This document shows positions 24,456-41,385 of a stretch of 64,000 nt of DNA, in pieces. A program made the translations under genes and the position numbers. This DNA is from Octopus vulgaris. Its lineage: Eukaryota. Position 1 is the stretch's first letter. Every line of letters starts with the position of its first letter. Below the pieces are notes generated by a model. It was not told the DNA's origin. It searched no databases and was given only the letters and a program-made list of their open reading frames with translations. The stretch spans positions 11,470,001 to 11,534,000 of the forward strand of contig OX597820.1 of assembly GCA_951406725.2 (NCBI GenBank), in the 5' to 3' direction.

Positions 24456-24999
24456 TTTTTAGCGTACCTTAACAACTTACATTTCACTGTTAAGCACCTG
24501 TGCCTGCGCCAGTAAGCTTCGTTTATGAAGGAAAAAAATATGCTGTTCTGCCTAATAAAATCAATCGTCAAAAATTGCACCGTAAATAATGATATCAACA
24601 ACCCAGTAGAAATTTCCCCTGAGAAAAGTGCTAAAACCATGAATTGTTGCCATCAAAAGAAAATCAATTGCAACAGTGTTAACAGACAAAGAACTCAACA
24701 TAACTCACCACAAGATTCAAAGAGAGAGAAGTTAATTCACTTCTGAAATCAACAAGCTACTAAATGAAAGAACGATTATAATATGAGCCAATAGAAAAAC
24801 CTTCTGAGATTGATGTTTACTGTGATCGATGAATTTACTAAAGAACATCTACCACAAATTGTAGCTTCCACATTTCGGACATGGGAATGTCTTAATGTAT
24901 TGTTTGGCAATTGCCGTTTGTAACAGACAGGAGTATCTGAAATCGATGGGAATGATAACAACTAAAATGGATTAACTTTATCGAAAAGACATCGATAGG

Positions 25000-25615
25000 C
25001 TACTGAAAAATAACAGTGAATTGAATACTATCATTTGAGGAAAAGTTGGTTATATATTCACGAACCGGCAACTACGGTTTTTCTGACAGACTATCCAAAA
25101 TCTACGAGACCTGATGATAGGAAATACAACATGTAAACTAATACCTCTTAAACACAAACTACTGGCGGTAAGTCAAAAACTTTGCAGTCGAAGTTATACA
25201 GTATAAACTGTAAACACGTTGCGTGAATGAGTTTCTTGAAGATCGCTGAGAAACAAAAGATGTGATGGCTGATGAACAAGCAGGAAGAAAGAGGGCAGTA
25301 AGGGGCTGTGTTGAAAAAGCTACTCATTGACGAAAGTGCTCTTTAAAATGTTAATCAGCGTAGCCATAAACGACAGAAAGTAGGGTTAGACTATAAGAAG
25401 GCATTTGACTCTGTCTCTTACTAATGGCTACTAGAGTTACGGCGCTTTGCCAAAGTTCTAGTACTGATGCTATTAAATAAACTGCAGTGTGGTCCATTCA
25501 ATTACGAAGTAAAATAAGCACGATAGTCATGAACAGAGTAAGATTATCAGTGGTAATATTTCATTGTGATGTCTTGTCTGTAGTGTTCTATGTCCTTACA
25601 ATGAACTCCTTGTGA
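25000..25615 (+). pseudogene. R4/Dong-like non-LTR retrotransposon RT remnant
   Basis: EQAGRKRAVRGCVEK..LLID..GLDYKKAFDSVSY*WLLE; IFHCDVLSVVFYVLTMNSL (resembles GIFQGDSLSPLLF). Confidence 0.7.
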
Positions 25616-27787
25616 GGAAAAGTTAAAACTACCAATTTTTGCAGAGGAAGGGAAAGGCAACGATACATTTTTTATGACTCCAAGACATATACAGGTTACA
25701 TTGACTTTTTACATAGACACATGGTCAGAAATTTAAGAGTAGGGGACAATCCACAATATGGATTTCATTCCTTGATCGATACTTTATTTTATCGACCTCG
25801 GAATGACAAGCGAGAAAATATTACCAATTGCAACTCAGAAAATAAAAAATTGATATTCAGGACACCAAGGGACAGTTAGAGAAATGGGGTTTCCTCGAGA
25901 TAAATGTTCATGTTCGGTATTAAATCGAGAAGATATTAAAGAAAAAAATGAATGTAGATATTCATGGTCTATCCTCCTTGTCTCTAACGATGAATGCTAC
26001 AAATTATATCACCAATTTGCTTTAAATGCCATATATTTGGAAGAAAAGATAAGGAGACAAAGCTATAGATAAAACTGTATCCCATAACGCTTCAGTTGTA
26101 CAAATGTCGGTACCAACAATGGACCCTAGCAGCTATTAATTATCCCTAGAAAATTTCCACATCAACAGTGAACAGTAAAAATATGCAAGACTTTTCACAA
26201 GTTTAAGACGTGACATTGTTTTTGTTATCTATATTCCAACGATGGAGCTTCGTATCTTTGTTAGAAACCAGTTCTTTCTTCGAACGAAGAATTTAAATAA
26301 CTTAAAACAGAAGGGAACATACGTATATACACAGAGACATAATACGTATATAGATACATATATGCACATATACATACATACATTCATATATACAAACATG
26401 CAGGAATAACACACATACACACACACACTCACGTACACACATACACGCATACACACATACATACATGCATGTATACAAACGTACATACACACACATACAT
26501 ACATAAATACATATATACACACATACATACATAAATACATTCATATATACAAACATGTATGAATGCGCACACACACTCACATGCACACATACATACATGT
26601 ATGCATACATACATACATACATACATAAATACATACATACATACATACATACATACATACATACATACATAAATACATGTATACATACATACATACATAC
26701 ATACATACACACATACATACATGCATACATACATACATGCATGCATACATACATACATACATACATACATACATACATACATACATACATACATACATAC
26801 ATACATACACATGCATGATGGATGCAAACTCGGGTTCGAGTATTGGCATCGCCTGGTCGAAAGTCCCACAGATGCGAAGTCTACGACCAGCCATTTTCAT
26901 GATAGGCCTTACCTTTCTTTCAAGCGATGCCTGTGCATGATGATTATTTTAGGATTTGCATAAATCCAATCCCACCCTCTAAACATGGAGAACATCAACT
27001 CAAAAAGAAGAACTAATCTACATCATCGAATATTGTCAGTTTCACAGGTTTTCTCTCAGAGTTTCCTTCTCCTAGAGACAGTATGTGACAACACAGAAGG
27101 GCTTCCCAATCCCAGTGGGCCGACCGTGCGCCTGGACACCAACCCAGATATTTCCATATCCCTGCGCACACATACATAAATACATGCATACATGCATACA
27201 AACACATGTACTCATATTGTTGGATGGCCGTTGACTGGTCATGAGCTCTTTCGCCTTTTGACTGGTCTTATTTTTTGTTCTGCTAAGTATCCAACAATCA
27301 CCCTTCCTCAACAAGCAAGCTAAATGGGGTTGCCAGTTTAGTGGCTGATAACCCGACCATGCAACGAGTTGCACTCGGTTACATGTTACCAGTAGCGCCC
27401 AAGAGCGACCTGACATACATACATACATACACACATGTACACGTGTATACACAAAAATACATACATACATACACACATACATACATACATACATACACAC
27501 ATGCACACGTGTATACACAAAATACATACATACATACACACATACATACATACATACATACATACATACATACACAACATACATACATAAATACATACAT
27601 ACATGCATACATACACACATTCATACATACATACATACATACATACATACATGCATGCATGCATACATACATACATACATACATACATGCATGCATGCAT
27701 ACATACATACATACATACATGCATGCATGCATACATACATACATACATACATACATACATACATACATACATACATACATACATACA

Positions 27788-27818
<31 letters not shown>

Positions 27819-28789
27819 GTGTCTACGTTGTTGATGTGTTTCTGATTGGGGTTTCTGTAAAACCAGAAAACCTACATCAATCCACATAAAAATATGGAAT
27901 TTTCTTTCTGAAAATAATTGCTTTTATGTTTTCCCTATTTCATATTTATGTATTTAAATGTCCAAATTGCAGTTTTCAAAGATTCAGTGCAGCATAACAA
28001 TGAAATAAACCGTTCTAACCAAGCAATTTCAGCTTTAAACTGTAAATTAGTTCGGAAGGCAATCAACATGTTACGCGATTTGTATGGATTTCCATTAATA
28101 TCCGTTCTTCTGTGTAACATACGCTGTAGAGAAAAATATGAAACACCTGGCATTACATTTAACAGAGCAGGGTTTTTTTTTTGGTTGCTTGTTTGGGTTT
28201 TTGTCTTTTTTTTTCCTTATTCAAGGTCAATGTTTTATGAATGACTTATGAATGCTGTGTGCTGATTCAGGCATAGATTTAGCGTCGAGTGAAACTTGAA
28301 ACAGGATCTTGCGGATTAATGAGAAGAAAGCACTCTCGAATTACCTTGACGAATGCGTATGTATGTACGTACGTATATATGTATATATGTATGTACACAT
28401 ACATGCATATATTTCTTGTAAGTTTTTTTTTTCTGTATGTCATAATCGGTAATACTATTGACTAAATGAAGGTCGGCTGGTTGATGATACTCTACATGGA
28501 GGTCGAAACTCTACATGGAGGTCGTAGCAGTCGTACGTACACACAAGATATGTGAGTGCGTAGATCCATGTGCGTGTGCGTCAGCGTGTACGTACATGTG
28601 TGTCTGTGTGTGTGTGTGTGTGTCTCGTATTTTGTGTGAGGTCTATATTCTTTATAGAAGATGCAACCGGGTCGCAACTAAAATTGATCTAAACAGGAAT
28701 GCAAACTAGATCAGTTCACCAGAAACACATTAACTCTGCAGCTGTCGCCTCATCAGTATGCTAATTAATTCATTTGCAGTTTACACGCG

Positions 28790-28850
<61 letters not shown>

Positions 28851-29011
28851 CATATATATATATGCATATATACACATATACGTGTATACACACACACACA
28901 CACATATATATATACGTATATACATATATATACATACATGCATAGATATATGTATGTATTATGTATATATGTACATATATATATATATACATATATATAC
29001 GTATGTCTATG

Positions 29012-29042
<31 letters not shown>

Positions 29043-29241
29043 GTATCTATCTATCTATCTATCTCTATATATATATACATACATACACATACGTATATAC
29101 ACATATATACATGTATACATACGCACACACACACACACACACACATACATATACATATACATATATATATATACACACACGTATATACATATACACATAC
29201 ATACATATACATGTAAGTAAGTATGTATGTATGTATGTATG

Positions 29242-29296
<55 letters not shown>

Positions 29297-29599
29297 CGAT
29301 TAAGTAGGCTTTTTTCCTTTTTCCCTTCAAAGTACTTTGAGTCGATTATTTGTAAGGAAATCTGTACTATTAAATACGATTCTTTCTTAGAATTTGTGAC
29401 ACGCTTTGCTGCTATGCTATTTTTTTAATACAATTTAGAAAGAGAAAAAAAAATGAAAGCCATGCGCCGATATTGACTTTTAGCTGCCCAAAGCATTTTC
29501 AGAAGTTTATCCTAACGTCTGCCCTTTCTTTCAGCCTATTAGTTAATCTTTGTTTCATGCGTTTTTAGTAATATGAAGCTTTCCTCTCATGTAGTTAGT

Positions 29600-30073
29600 C
29601 TTTTACTCTATTATACGTTCAGTCATTTGACAGCGGCCATGCTGGAGCACCACCTTTCGTGGAACAAATCGACCCCATGACTTATTCTTTGTAAGCCTAG
29701 TTCTTATTTTATCGGGGTCTTTTGCCGAACCACTAAGTTACAGGAACGTTAACACTCCAACATCGGTTGTCAAGTGATGATGAAGGGACAAACACAGACA
29801 CAAAGACACAGAAACATATATATACATACATACATACATATATATATGTGTATATATATATATATATATGTGGTGTGTGTGTGTGTGTGCGTAAATATAT
29901 ATATATCACGACGAGCTTCTTTCAGTTTCCCTCTACCAAATCCACTCGCAAGGCTCTGGTCGGCTCGAGGCTATAGTAGGAGACACTTGCCCAAAGTGTC
30001 ACGCAGTGGGATTGAACCCGGAACCATGTGGTTGGGAAACAAGCGTCTTACCACACAGCCACGCCAGCGCCTG
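29600..30073 (-). mobile_element. SINE family B, full length
   Basis: head, internal microsatellite and 3' part. Confidence 0.85.
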
Positions 30074-30579
30074 TAAGAATGTGTATAATATATGATGTAT
30101 GGATGTCAGGAAAACGTTTTGCGTAGGCGCGTGACTTAGTAGTTATAGTATTCGTCCCACGATCGTAAGGTTGTGAGTTCGATTCACGGCAGCACGTTGT
30201 GTCCTTAATTTATTTCACGTTGATTCAGTCAACACAACTGGTAAAAATGAATTGTACATGCAATTCAAAGGGCCAGTCTTTGTTACGTTCTGTACCACGC
30301 TGAATCTCCCCGAGTCAGTGGAGTGCTCAGCCACTTGATTGTTAATTTCACGAGTAGACTGTTTCGTTGATCGATTCAACTGGAACCCGCGTCCTCGTAA
30401 CCGACGGAGTGCTATTGCTAGTTTATCACGTGTGATACACAGGAGAGCCAAAGGGTGAATAGGAAGTTCCGAAAACGAAAAGAATACAATCGAAATAGAA
30501 TACTGCGATGTTTTGTCATTTATGTATTTGATTATCATTTGTTGGGACTGGAGGAACGGTAAGTGCCCTTCACTTTGGC

Positions 30580-31360
30580 AATATCTCCAAGATCCCGAAA
30601 TGCTTAGCGGTATTTCTTCTGTCTTTACGTTCTGAGTTCAAATTCCGCTGAGGTCGACTTTGCCTTTCATCCTTTCGGGGTCGATAATTTAAGTACCAGT
30701 TGCGTACTGTGCTCGATCTAATCGACTGGCTCCCTCCCAAAATATTTTGGGCCTTGTACCTAGAGTAGAAAAGAATACATCCAAGATCCCGAAATGCCTA
30801 GCGGTATTTCTTCTGCCGCTACGTTCTGAGTTCAAATTCCGCCGAGGTCGACTTTGCCTTTCATCTTTTCGGGGTCGATAAATTAAGTACCAGTTACGCA
30901 CTGGGTTTGATATAATCGAATTAATCAGTTTGTCTGTCCTTGTTTGTCCTCTCTGTGTTTAGCCCCTTGTGGGTAGTAAAGAAATAGGTATTTCGTCTGC
31001 CACTACGTTCTGAGTTCAAATTCCGCCGAGGTCGACTTTGCCTTTCATCCTTTCGGGGTCGATAAATTAAGTACCAGTTGTGTACTGGTGTCGATCTAAT
31101 CAACTGACCCCACCCCCAAAATATTTTGGGCCTTGTGCCTAGAGTAGAAAAGAATATCTCCAAGATCCCGAAATGCTTAGCGGTATTTCTTGTCTTTATG
31201 TTCTGAGTTCAAATTCCGCCGAGATTGACTTTGCCTTTCATCCTTTCGGGGTCGATAAATTAAGCACCAGTTGCGTACTGGAGTCGATCTAATCGACTGG
31301 CTCCCTCCCAAAATATTTTGGGCCTTGTGCCTAGAGTAGAAGAGAATATCTCCAAGATCC
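30580..31360 (+). repeat. Tandem triplication of a 5'-truncated family A SINE through its 16-bp TSD; middle unit has an extra SINE segment
   Basis: aatatctccaagatcc (one variant) at 30580, 30774, 31153 and 31345. Confidence 0.85.
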
Positions 31361-31364
31361 ATAA

Positions 31365-31714
31365 GATTGATGTTATAATTGTTCCTCTTGAACCTTTGCA
31401 GGTCAACACTGTCAAAAGCTTTGAACAGAGAAAGAATTTGCTAAAGGCCCATGATTTATGAAGAAAGTCGTTAGTGTAATGGTTAGTTTGGGGTTTGTGG
31501 ATTTGGACAAACGAAGCCGGTGACTGGCAAAATAGCATTACTATTACATTAAGGTGGTGTTCTCGTTTTCCCACGACTTAAGACGAGACATTGACGTCAG
31601 CTGGTTAACTGACCTCTGCAATAATGCCGGTCTTTTAATATCTGATTTGTTGAACAATATCAGTTGCATTTCATTCACAGCAGATTACTATTCTGTTGGA
31701 GTGTTTCAACAATG
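31365..31714 (-). pseudogene. Highly decayed LINE RT fragment
   Basis: FKAFDSVD motif at 31425-31402. Confidence 0.4.
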
Positions 31715-31729
31715 TATATACATTAAGTA

Positions 31730-31964
31730 GAAGGCGGCGAGCTGGCAGACACGTTAGCGCACCGGGTGGAATGCTTAGCGGTATTTCGTCTGTCGTTACG
31801 TTCTGAGTTCAAATTCCGCCGAGGTCGACTTTGCCTTTCATCCTTTCGGGGTCGATAAATAAAAGTACCAGTTTCGCACTGGGGTCGATGTAATCGACTT
31901 AATCCGTTTGTTTGTCCTTGTTCGTCCTCTCTATGTTTAGCCCCTTGTGGGTAGTAAAGAAATA
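31730..31964 (+). mobile_element. SINE family A, full length with 15-bp TSD
   Basis: TSD tatatacattaagta at 31715-29 and 31965-79. Confidence 0.92.
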
Positions 31965-32699
31965 TATATACATTAAGTATGATACACACATGGCTATTTT
32001 AATTAAATAGTACTTTAATTGCGTATACCCGATTTCTATTCAGCCGGGTAGCTATTCGCAACATCAGTGAGTGTTTTATTTACTTTTCCCTATATCAGAA
32101 GCGACGAATTCTCTTCCAAGTATGTGACTGACTGCGAGTACGCGCCATTTAAAAAACGTCCACAAAGATCAAAATGCATCTTGGATATCGCTGGCTGCTC
32201 TTGAGACGTAATTTCGTCTCTCCCTGATATTTATTGTGTTTTAACACAGTACGTCCATAAGAGATCTTATCTTAGAACAAATACTATTGTAACAGTATTT
32301 GCCGAACAAATACAGCCGTAGACTATCGAAAATCTATATACATTAGATATGATCCATAAATGTCTATTTAAAGTGATACAAAACTAGGTTTCACAACCTC
32401 TGATGTTTGGTCATGGCCACAGATCCATGACGTTGCCATAACCGCATTCCAACGTCTAGACTTTTCCTTTCTAAGGTATGGAAATAGTTTAATCCAGAAC
32501 TACTGACTTACAGAACAGCTTCTCTGTCTGTGGTTTCTCTTCAGGTATCGTTTTTTGTTGAAAGAGATAAAGAAATATAGAATTCGACCTCGTCAGTTTC
32601 GGAGTTCTTCCAAAGGTCATTAGCCTCTCCAATGTCTTCGATTGAAGAGGAGGAGATGAAAGCAATAGTAAAAACAACAATAATAAAAATTGTAATGTT

Positions 32700-33695
<996 letters not shown>

Positions 33696-35245
33696 TGAGA
33701 CACAGACGAACAGAGAGAGAGGGATGAAAAGCTATGAGGAGATTCCAAGACTTAACTCCTACGAGCCACATATTGATTGCTCTCCTTGCTCTCCTTGCCA
33801 ATCCAGCTTTGATAGCAGCCGTCAAAATCATTCTCGATATGAAAACCAAATTGTAGGATAGTAGACTTCTATTATTGATTATCGATTTTAAATGCCTATT
33901 AATTTTTTGCACTAAAAAACGAAGATTCTCGATTTAATTGATTATGTGTTTGTATGGAGCTGTGTGTATGTGTATGTATGTGTGTATGCATTTGTTTGTG
34001 TGTATGTGTGTGTGTATTTGTATGTGTTTGTGTGTGTGTGTTTGTGTGATATTTATGTTCAAAATAATGTTTAAAAATCTGTAATAACGGTGTAACCATA
34101 ATGTTGATGATGATGATGATGTTGTTGATGATGATGATGATGATGATGACAATGACGATGACGATGATGATGATGAAGAGGAGGAGGAAGACGTTGATGA
34201 TGATGATGATGATGATGACAATGACGATGACGATGATGATGATGATTATGATTACGATAACGATAATGATGTTGATATTAATGCCGATGATGATGACGAT
34301 GTCGAAGAAGAAGAAGAAGAAGAAGAAGAAGAAGAAGAAGAAGAAGAAGAGAAGCGGACTGTGTAAACATTCCATCCGCCTCCCAACACAGCATCATGCG
34401 TGCACAAATATGTTCACACGTGCACGTGCATACAAGTCTTCTACAACTGAGGAAACGCATGCGCAAACGCAAACACGTACACGTACGCACATACTTGCAC
34501 GTGCGCACGCATCACATGCTTGCGCAGGACCAACCACAGGCGTTCAGGTATGCAAACCCCTGCATTCGTCCAAATACGACCGCATATACACAGTGGCACG
34601 TGCAATTAAATATAAGCAAACAGAAGCAAACGCGCAGTTAGGAGCGCTTAGCATGTGTATATATACTCATATACACACTGGTTCTCCGTCGGTTTCGACG
34701 ATGAGGGTTCCTGTCGATCCGATCAACGGAACAACCTGCTCGTGAAATTAAAGTGCAAGTGGCTGAGCACTCCACAGACACGTGTACTCTTAACGTAGTT
34801 CTCGGGGAGATTTAGAGTGACACAGAATGTGACAAGGCTTGTCCTTTTGAAATATAGGTGCTACTCATTCTTGTCAGCTGAGTGGACAGGAGCAATGAGA
34901 AATAAAGTGTCTTGCTCAAGGACATAACACACCGTCAGGAATCGAACTCACAACCTTACGACCGTGAGCCGAATGTCCTAACCACTAAGCCACGTGACTT
35001 CACTCATATCCACACGTGCACAAATCGAGTTGCGTAGCTAGTGAAATCAAGGGTGCGAGAGGGGGCGGGCCGCCGCGGGAAATGCTTTTTTACGGGACTG
35101 CACGTTTGGGTTTTCTGTATAAACCTGTATATGCTTGGGCACCCGGTTTAGAGGCACATACCGTAGCTATGTCAGTGCGCAAATATATAAGCAGGGGAGA
35201 CATACATACATTTTCAAACATCTTAACGAAGACACACGAATACAA

Positions 35246-35650
35246 ATAATTCTTTCTATTATAGGCACAAGGGCTGAAATTTGGGGGGAGGGGCCCAGTC
35301 GATGAGATCGACTCTAGTACACAACTACTACTTAATTTACCGACCCCCGAAATAATGAATGACAAAGTCGACCTCGCCAGAATTTGAACTCAGAACGTAA
35401 CGACAGGTGAAATACCTATTTCTTTAATACCTACAAGGGGTTAAACACAGAGACGACAAACAAGGACAGACAAACGGATTAAGTCGATTATATCGACTCC
35501 AGTGTGTAACTGGTGCTTATTTTATCGATCCCGAAAGGATGAAAGGCAAAGTCGATCTCGGCGGAATTTGAACTCAGAACGTAACGGCAGACGAAATACT
35601 GCTAAGCATTTCGCCCGGCGTGCTAACGATTCTGCCAACTCGTCACCCTG
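35246..35650 (-). mobile_element. SINE family A heterodimer (tail 1 + tail 2)
   Basis: junction aaatacctatttc at 35410-22. Confidence 0.85.
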
Positions 35651-35994
35651 ATATGAATACATATAACAAAGAACAGATTTCAAAACATCGATGTTTTGGA
35701 CCAGAACACATGCAAAAAACACACCTACAGCACACAAACGCACACCTCCCTACACAAACATATACACATATATCTGTTCTGTTACATACGGGCGCACCTT
35801 ACTACATACAAACACTGCGGGGCACCGCCTTGAGTCGAATGAATTGACCCCAGTACGTTTTTTAAACTGATGTTTATTCTATCTTTTTCTTTTGCCGAAC
35901 CGCTAGGTTGCGACAACGTAAACACACCAACAAGCAGTGGCGGGGACAAACGCTAGTACAAAGATACACGCACACACACACCATACATATATAC

Positions 35995-36083
<89 letters not shown>

Positions 36084-36180
36084 ATCCAAACATGAAAACA
36101 CAAAGAGAAAACACAACAACGCGAGGACGTGGAACAAATATAGTATTATTGGACGCTCAGGAAAGAAGGAAAGAAGGAGA

Positions 36181-36215
36181 GTTTAACGTTTCGAGCGGAG
36201 CTCTTCGTCGGAAAC
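36181..36215 (-). ncRNA. Minimal hammerhead-like motif, family P3 (core CCGACGA)
   Basis: minus: GTTT-CCGACGA-A-GAGC tcc GCTC-GAAA-CG-TT-AAAC; element 36080-36275 between (TA)n tracts. Confidence 0.55.
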
Positions 36216-36305
36216 ATAGGACAAGGAAAGATCCAGAGAAGGGAAGACAGAGGAAAGAAAATCGCCAACGGTACATCTATATATCTATATATATATATAT
36301 ATATA

Positions 36306-36480
36306 ATACTCGAAATACGAAAGTAGAAAAGCAGCTAGCAACTGATGAAAGGTCGTTCTTTATGTTGTTTGTCTTGTTTACCATTTGTTTCTTTCGTTGT
36401 TCGAAAAAATAGTTCATATTCCATGTACTAGTACTTCGCATTTTTTGTTGTAGACGTTTTGTGACGTCCTGTGCCCACAT
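36306..36480 (+). mobile_element. Penelope-like family X2 fragment with 3' half of permuted hammerhead
   Basis: tactc-GAAA-tac...aagcag-c-tagcaa-CTGATGA; homologous to 63317-63470. Confidence 0.5.
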
Positions 36481-37020
36481 ATGTATGTATATATACGTAT
36501 AGATGTATACGTATGCATATATATATATATGTCGTTACGTTCCGAGTTCAAATTCCACCGAGGTCGACTTTGCCTTTTATCCTTTCGGGGTCGATAAATT
36601 AAGTACCAGTTATGCACTGGGCTCGATGTAATCGACTTAATCCGTTTGTCTGTCCTTGTTTGTCCCCTCTATGTTTAGCCCCTTGTGGGTAATAAAGAAA
36701 CATTATTTATAGTATTATATGATTGAACGCCTCGCATCCTCTTCCAAGCCAGATCTTTCTTTCTTGGTCTGGCCATCGTCCGTGCAACATCGATATTCCT
36801 CCCTGTACCTGTGAAATCTTGTATCCCTGCCGTGAAATCTTGTATCCACACACGCCAGCTTAACTTAATTCGTCCTTAGTCGAAAACATCTGTTGTTATG
36901 TCCTGTTATTATTATTTTTATTGTATTTGTGTAACATTCTCCGTTTCTTTTTTTTTTCCGTCCTTGTTTTCGTATACATTCGCTGCTTTCTTCCAAGGAA
37001 TCTAATGCACTTAGCTTACT

Positions 37021-37110
37021 TTTTCCTTGGGGCTGGGCAGATTGGAGCAATCTCGAGTATAATCAGCCGAAATTGCGAAGATAGTCTGGAACTCGACAGA
37101 GGAAAGAAAA
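37021..37110 (+). ncRNA. Candidate non-circularly permuted hammerhead, family X1 copy B (core U4A)
   Basis: GGCTGG-g-CAGATT-gga-GCAAT-C-TCGAGT-ataa-TCAGCC-GAA-ATTGC-gaagat-AGTCTG-ga-ACTCGA-CAGAGGA. Confidence 0.6.
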
Positions 37111-37218
37111 CTCCGAATGACCCGTCCTTGTTTTCTTTGTATCGCCTATCTGGATGTTTTCTTGTCCCTTTTTGTATCACCTAACTGTCTGGATGTTTTG
37201 CGTTCTTGTCCCATTTTG

Positions 37219-37312
<94 letters not shown>

Positions 37313-37331
37313 CATCGTACGTACACTTTGG

Positions 37332-37383
<52 letters not shown>

Positions 37384-37688
37384 TGTATACACGCGCAGTT
37401 AAATAATATTTGTATGCAATCATATATACAACTACATACAATCACACGCATATTCTTTCGGGTATGAATGTACAATCATATCTACACAGAAACGAGAATA
37501 TTTATGGTTTCCTCTGTCTATTCTAATAGTGATGAGCAATTTATCCTCTACGCTTTCACCGTTCTAGGCTACCTTTTACCGAAGAACATTACAAGGGCAC
37601 CTGGTTCGTTTTAGCTGGCACCATCTTAGCTTCGTTCAGCAACGTTATATATAAATATATACATACATATATACATATATAAGTACTA

Positions 37689-37757
<69 letters not shown>

Positions 37758-37899
37758 CATACATGCATGCATGCATACACACATACATACTTACTTACAT
37801 ACATACACGCATATTTTCAAATGTTCAGGTAGGATATATGTATGTATGAAGAGGAGGTTAACTGAACGTACTGAATATTACTATCTCTCAGAAAGGAAA

Positions 37900-39830
<1,931 letters not shown>

Positions 39831-40944
39831 CTTATATACAGCTTAAAGATATTGCAATAGATATCCTCCAAAACCATGTGTAGGGTCTTTGATATTATTC
39901 CAACCATGAAATAATACTGCAGCGTTCCGTACAATGAGATTAAGTGCAAATACAATGACAGAATATTTAGGCCTGCAAAACAATATTTCACCTCAATTAC
40001 ATAAGCGGCCTACATTATTAACTGCGTAGTTTCCAGAATTAGGCCGTTGGCTACACGATTCGATGAGATTCTGATAGTGTTTAGAAGACGGTGAATGATG
40101 GCAAGTAGGCTTGAGTGTTTGTGTGTACGCGTATGTGTGTGTGTGTGTCTGTGTGTGTGTGTGTGTGTGTCTGTGTGTGTGTCTGTGTGTGTGTGCCTGT
40201 GTGTGTGTGTGTGTGTCTGTGTGTGTCAATGTCTGTTTTGCGTATGTGTGCGTGAAAGGGAGAGAGAGAAAGAGTCAGGAAGTATGTGTGCGTGCATTTT
40301 TTCCTCTGTGTGTGTAGGTGTATGTGTGGGTGTTTGTGCATGAGTGTGTGTATGCCTCTGTGTGTGTGTATGTGTGTGTGCGCGCGCGCTCGCGTGTGTG
40401 TATGTGTGTGTGTGTGTGTCTGTATGTGTGTGTGTATGTGTGTGTGAGTAAAATGTAAAACGAATTAAACAGGTCGATAAACATCCGTAGCACGTGTTTG
40501 GTTGTATCGAAACTGTTTATTTAGAGATTGTGATTTCAAATCTCACCACCAGGTGATCAAACGAAGGAAACGGCACATAGTTGCTTGATCTGGATGAAAA
40601 GGTAGTCAAATCTTCCTCAAATACATGATTACTGTCTCAAAAATAGTCAAATATCCCTCCATCTCCATCCGTTTTCACCACCCACAGTTCCTCGAGTAAT
40701 TGAGGCTATAGAGTCCCCTGTCACCTGCTTCGTAGAACCATATAAGAAGCAACCGTCTTTGCCCTTTCCGGGTGGATTCCGGAGTATAACTAGCTGAAAC
40801 TATGGATATCATCCAACCTTCTCGTTCTTGGTTAACCCCTAAGTCTCCAGTTTATATCTGAGATCTCCAGAGATTATCCACTGCAGGAAGATCTCAGAAA
40901 GTAGTCAAATATCCATCCATTTCCATCCGTTTTCACCACCCACA

Positions 40945-41114
40945 GGTGTGGCTGTGCGGTAAGTAGCTTGCTTACCAACCACATGGTTCCGGGTTCAGAC
41001 CCACTGCGTGGCACCTTGGGCAAGTGTCTTCTACTATAGCCTCGGGCCGACTAAAGCCTTGTGAGTGGATTTTGGTAGACGGAAACTGAAAGAAGTCCGT
41101 CTTATATATATATG

Positions 41115-41164
<50 letters not shown>

Positions 41165-41385
41165 TGTGTGTGTGTCTGTGTTTGTTCCCCCAACATCGAT
41201 TGACAACCGATGCTGATGTGTTTACGTCCCCGTAACTTAGCGGTTCCGCAAAAGAGGCCGATAGAGTAAGTACTAGCCTTACAAAAAAATAAGTCCAGGG
41301 GTCGATTTGCTCGACTAAAGGCGGTGCTCCAGCATAGACACAATCAATTGACTGAAACAAGTGAAAGAGTAAAAGAAAGAGAGAG
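40945..41385 (+). mobile_element. SINE family B, full length
   Basis: head, internal (GT)n and 3' part. Confidence 0.9.

Noticed and set aside
30986-31076. HDV-like ribozyme explaining the SINE A junction (GGTATTT/AAGTACC pairing)
   Set aside because: I could not build P1.1, P2 or P3 consistently.
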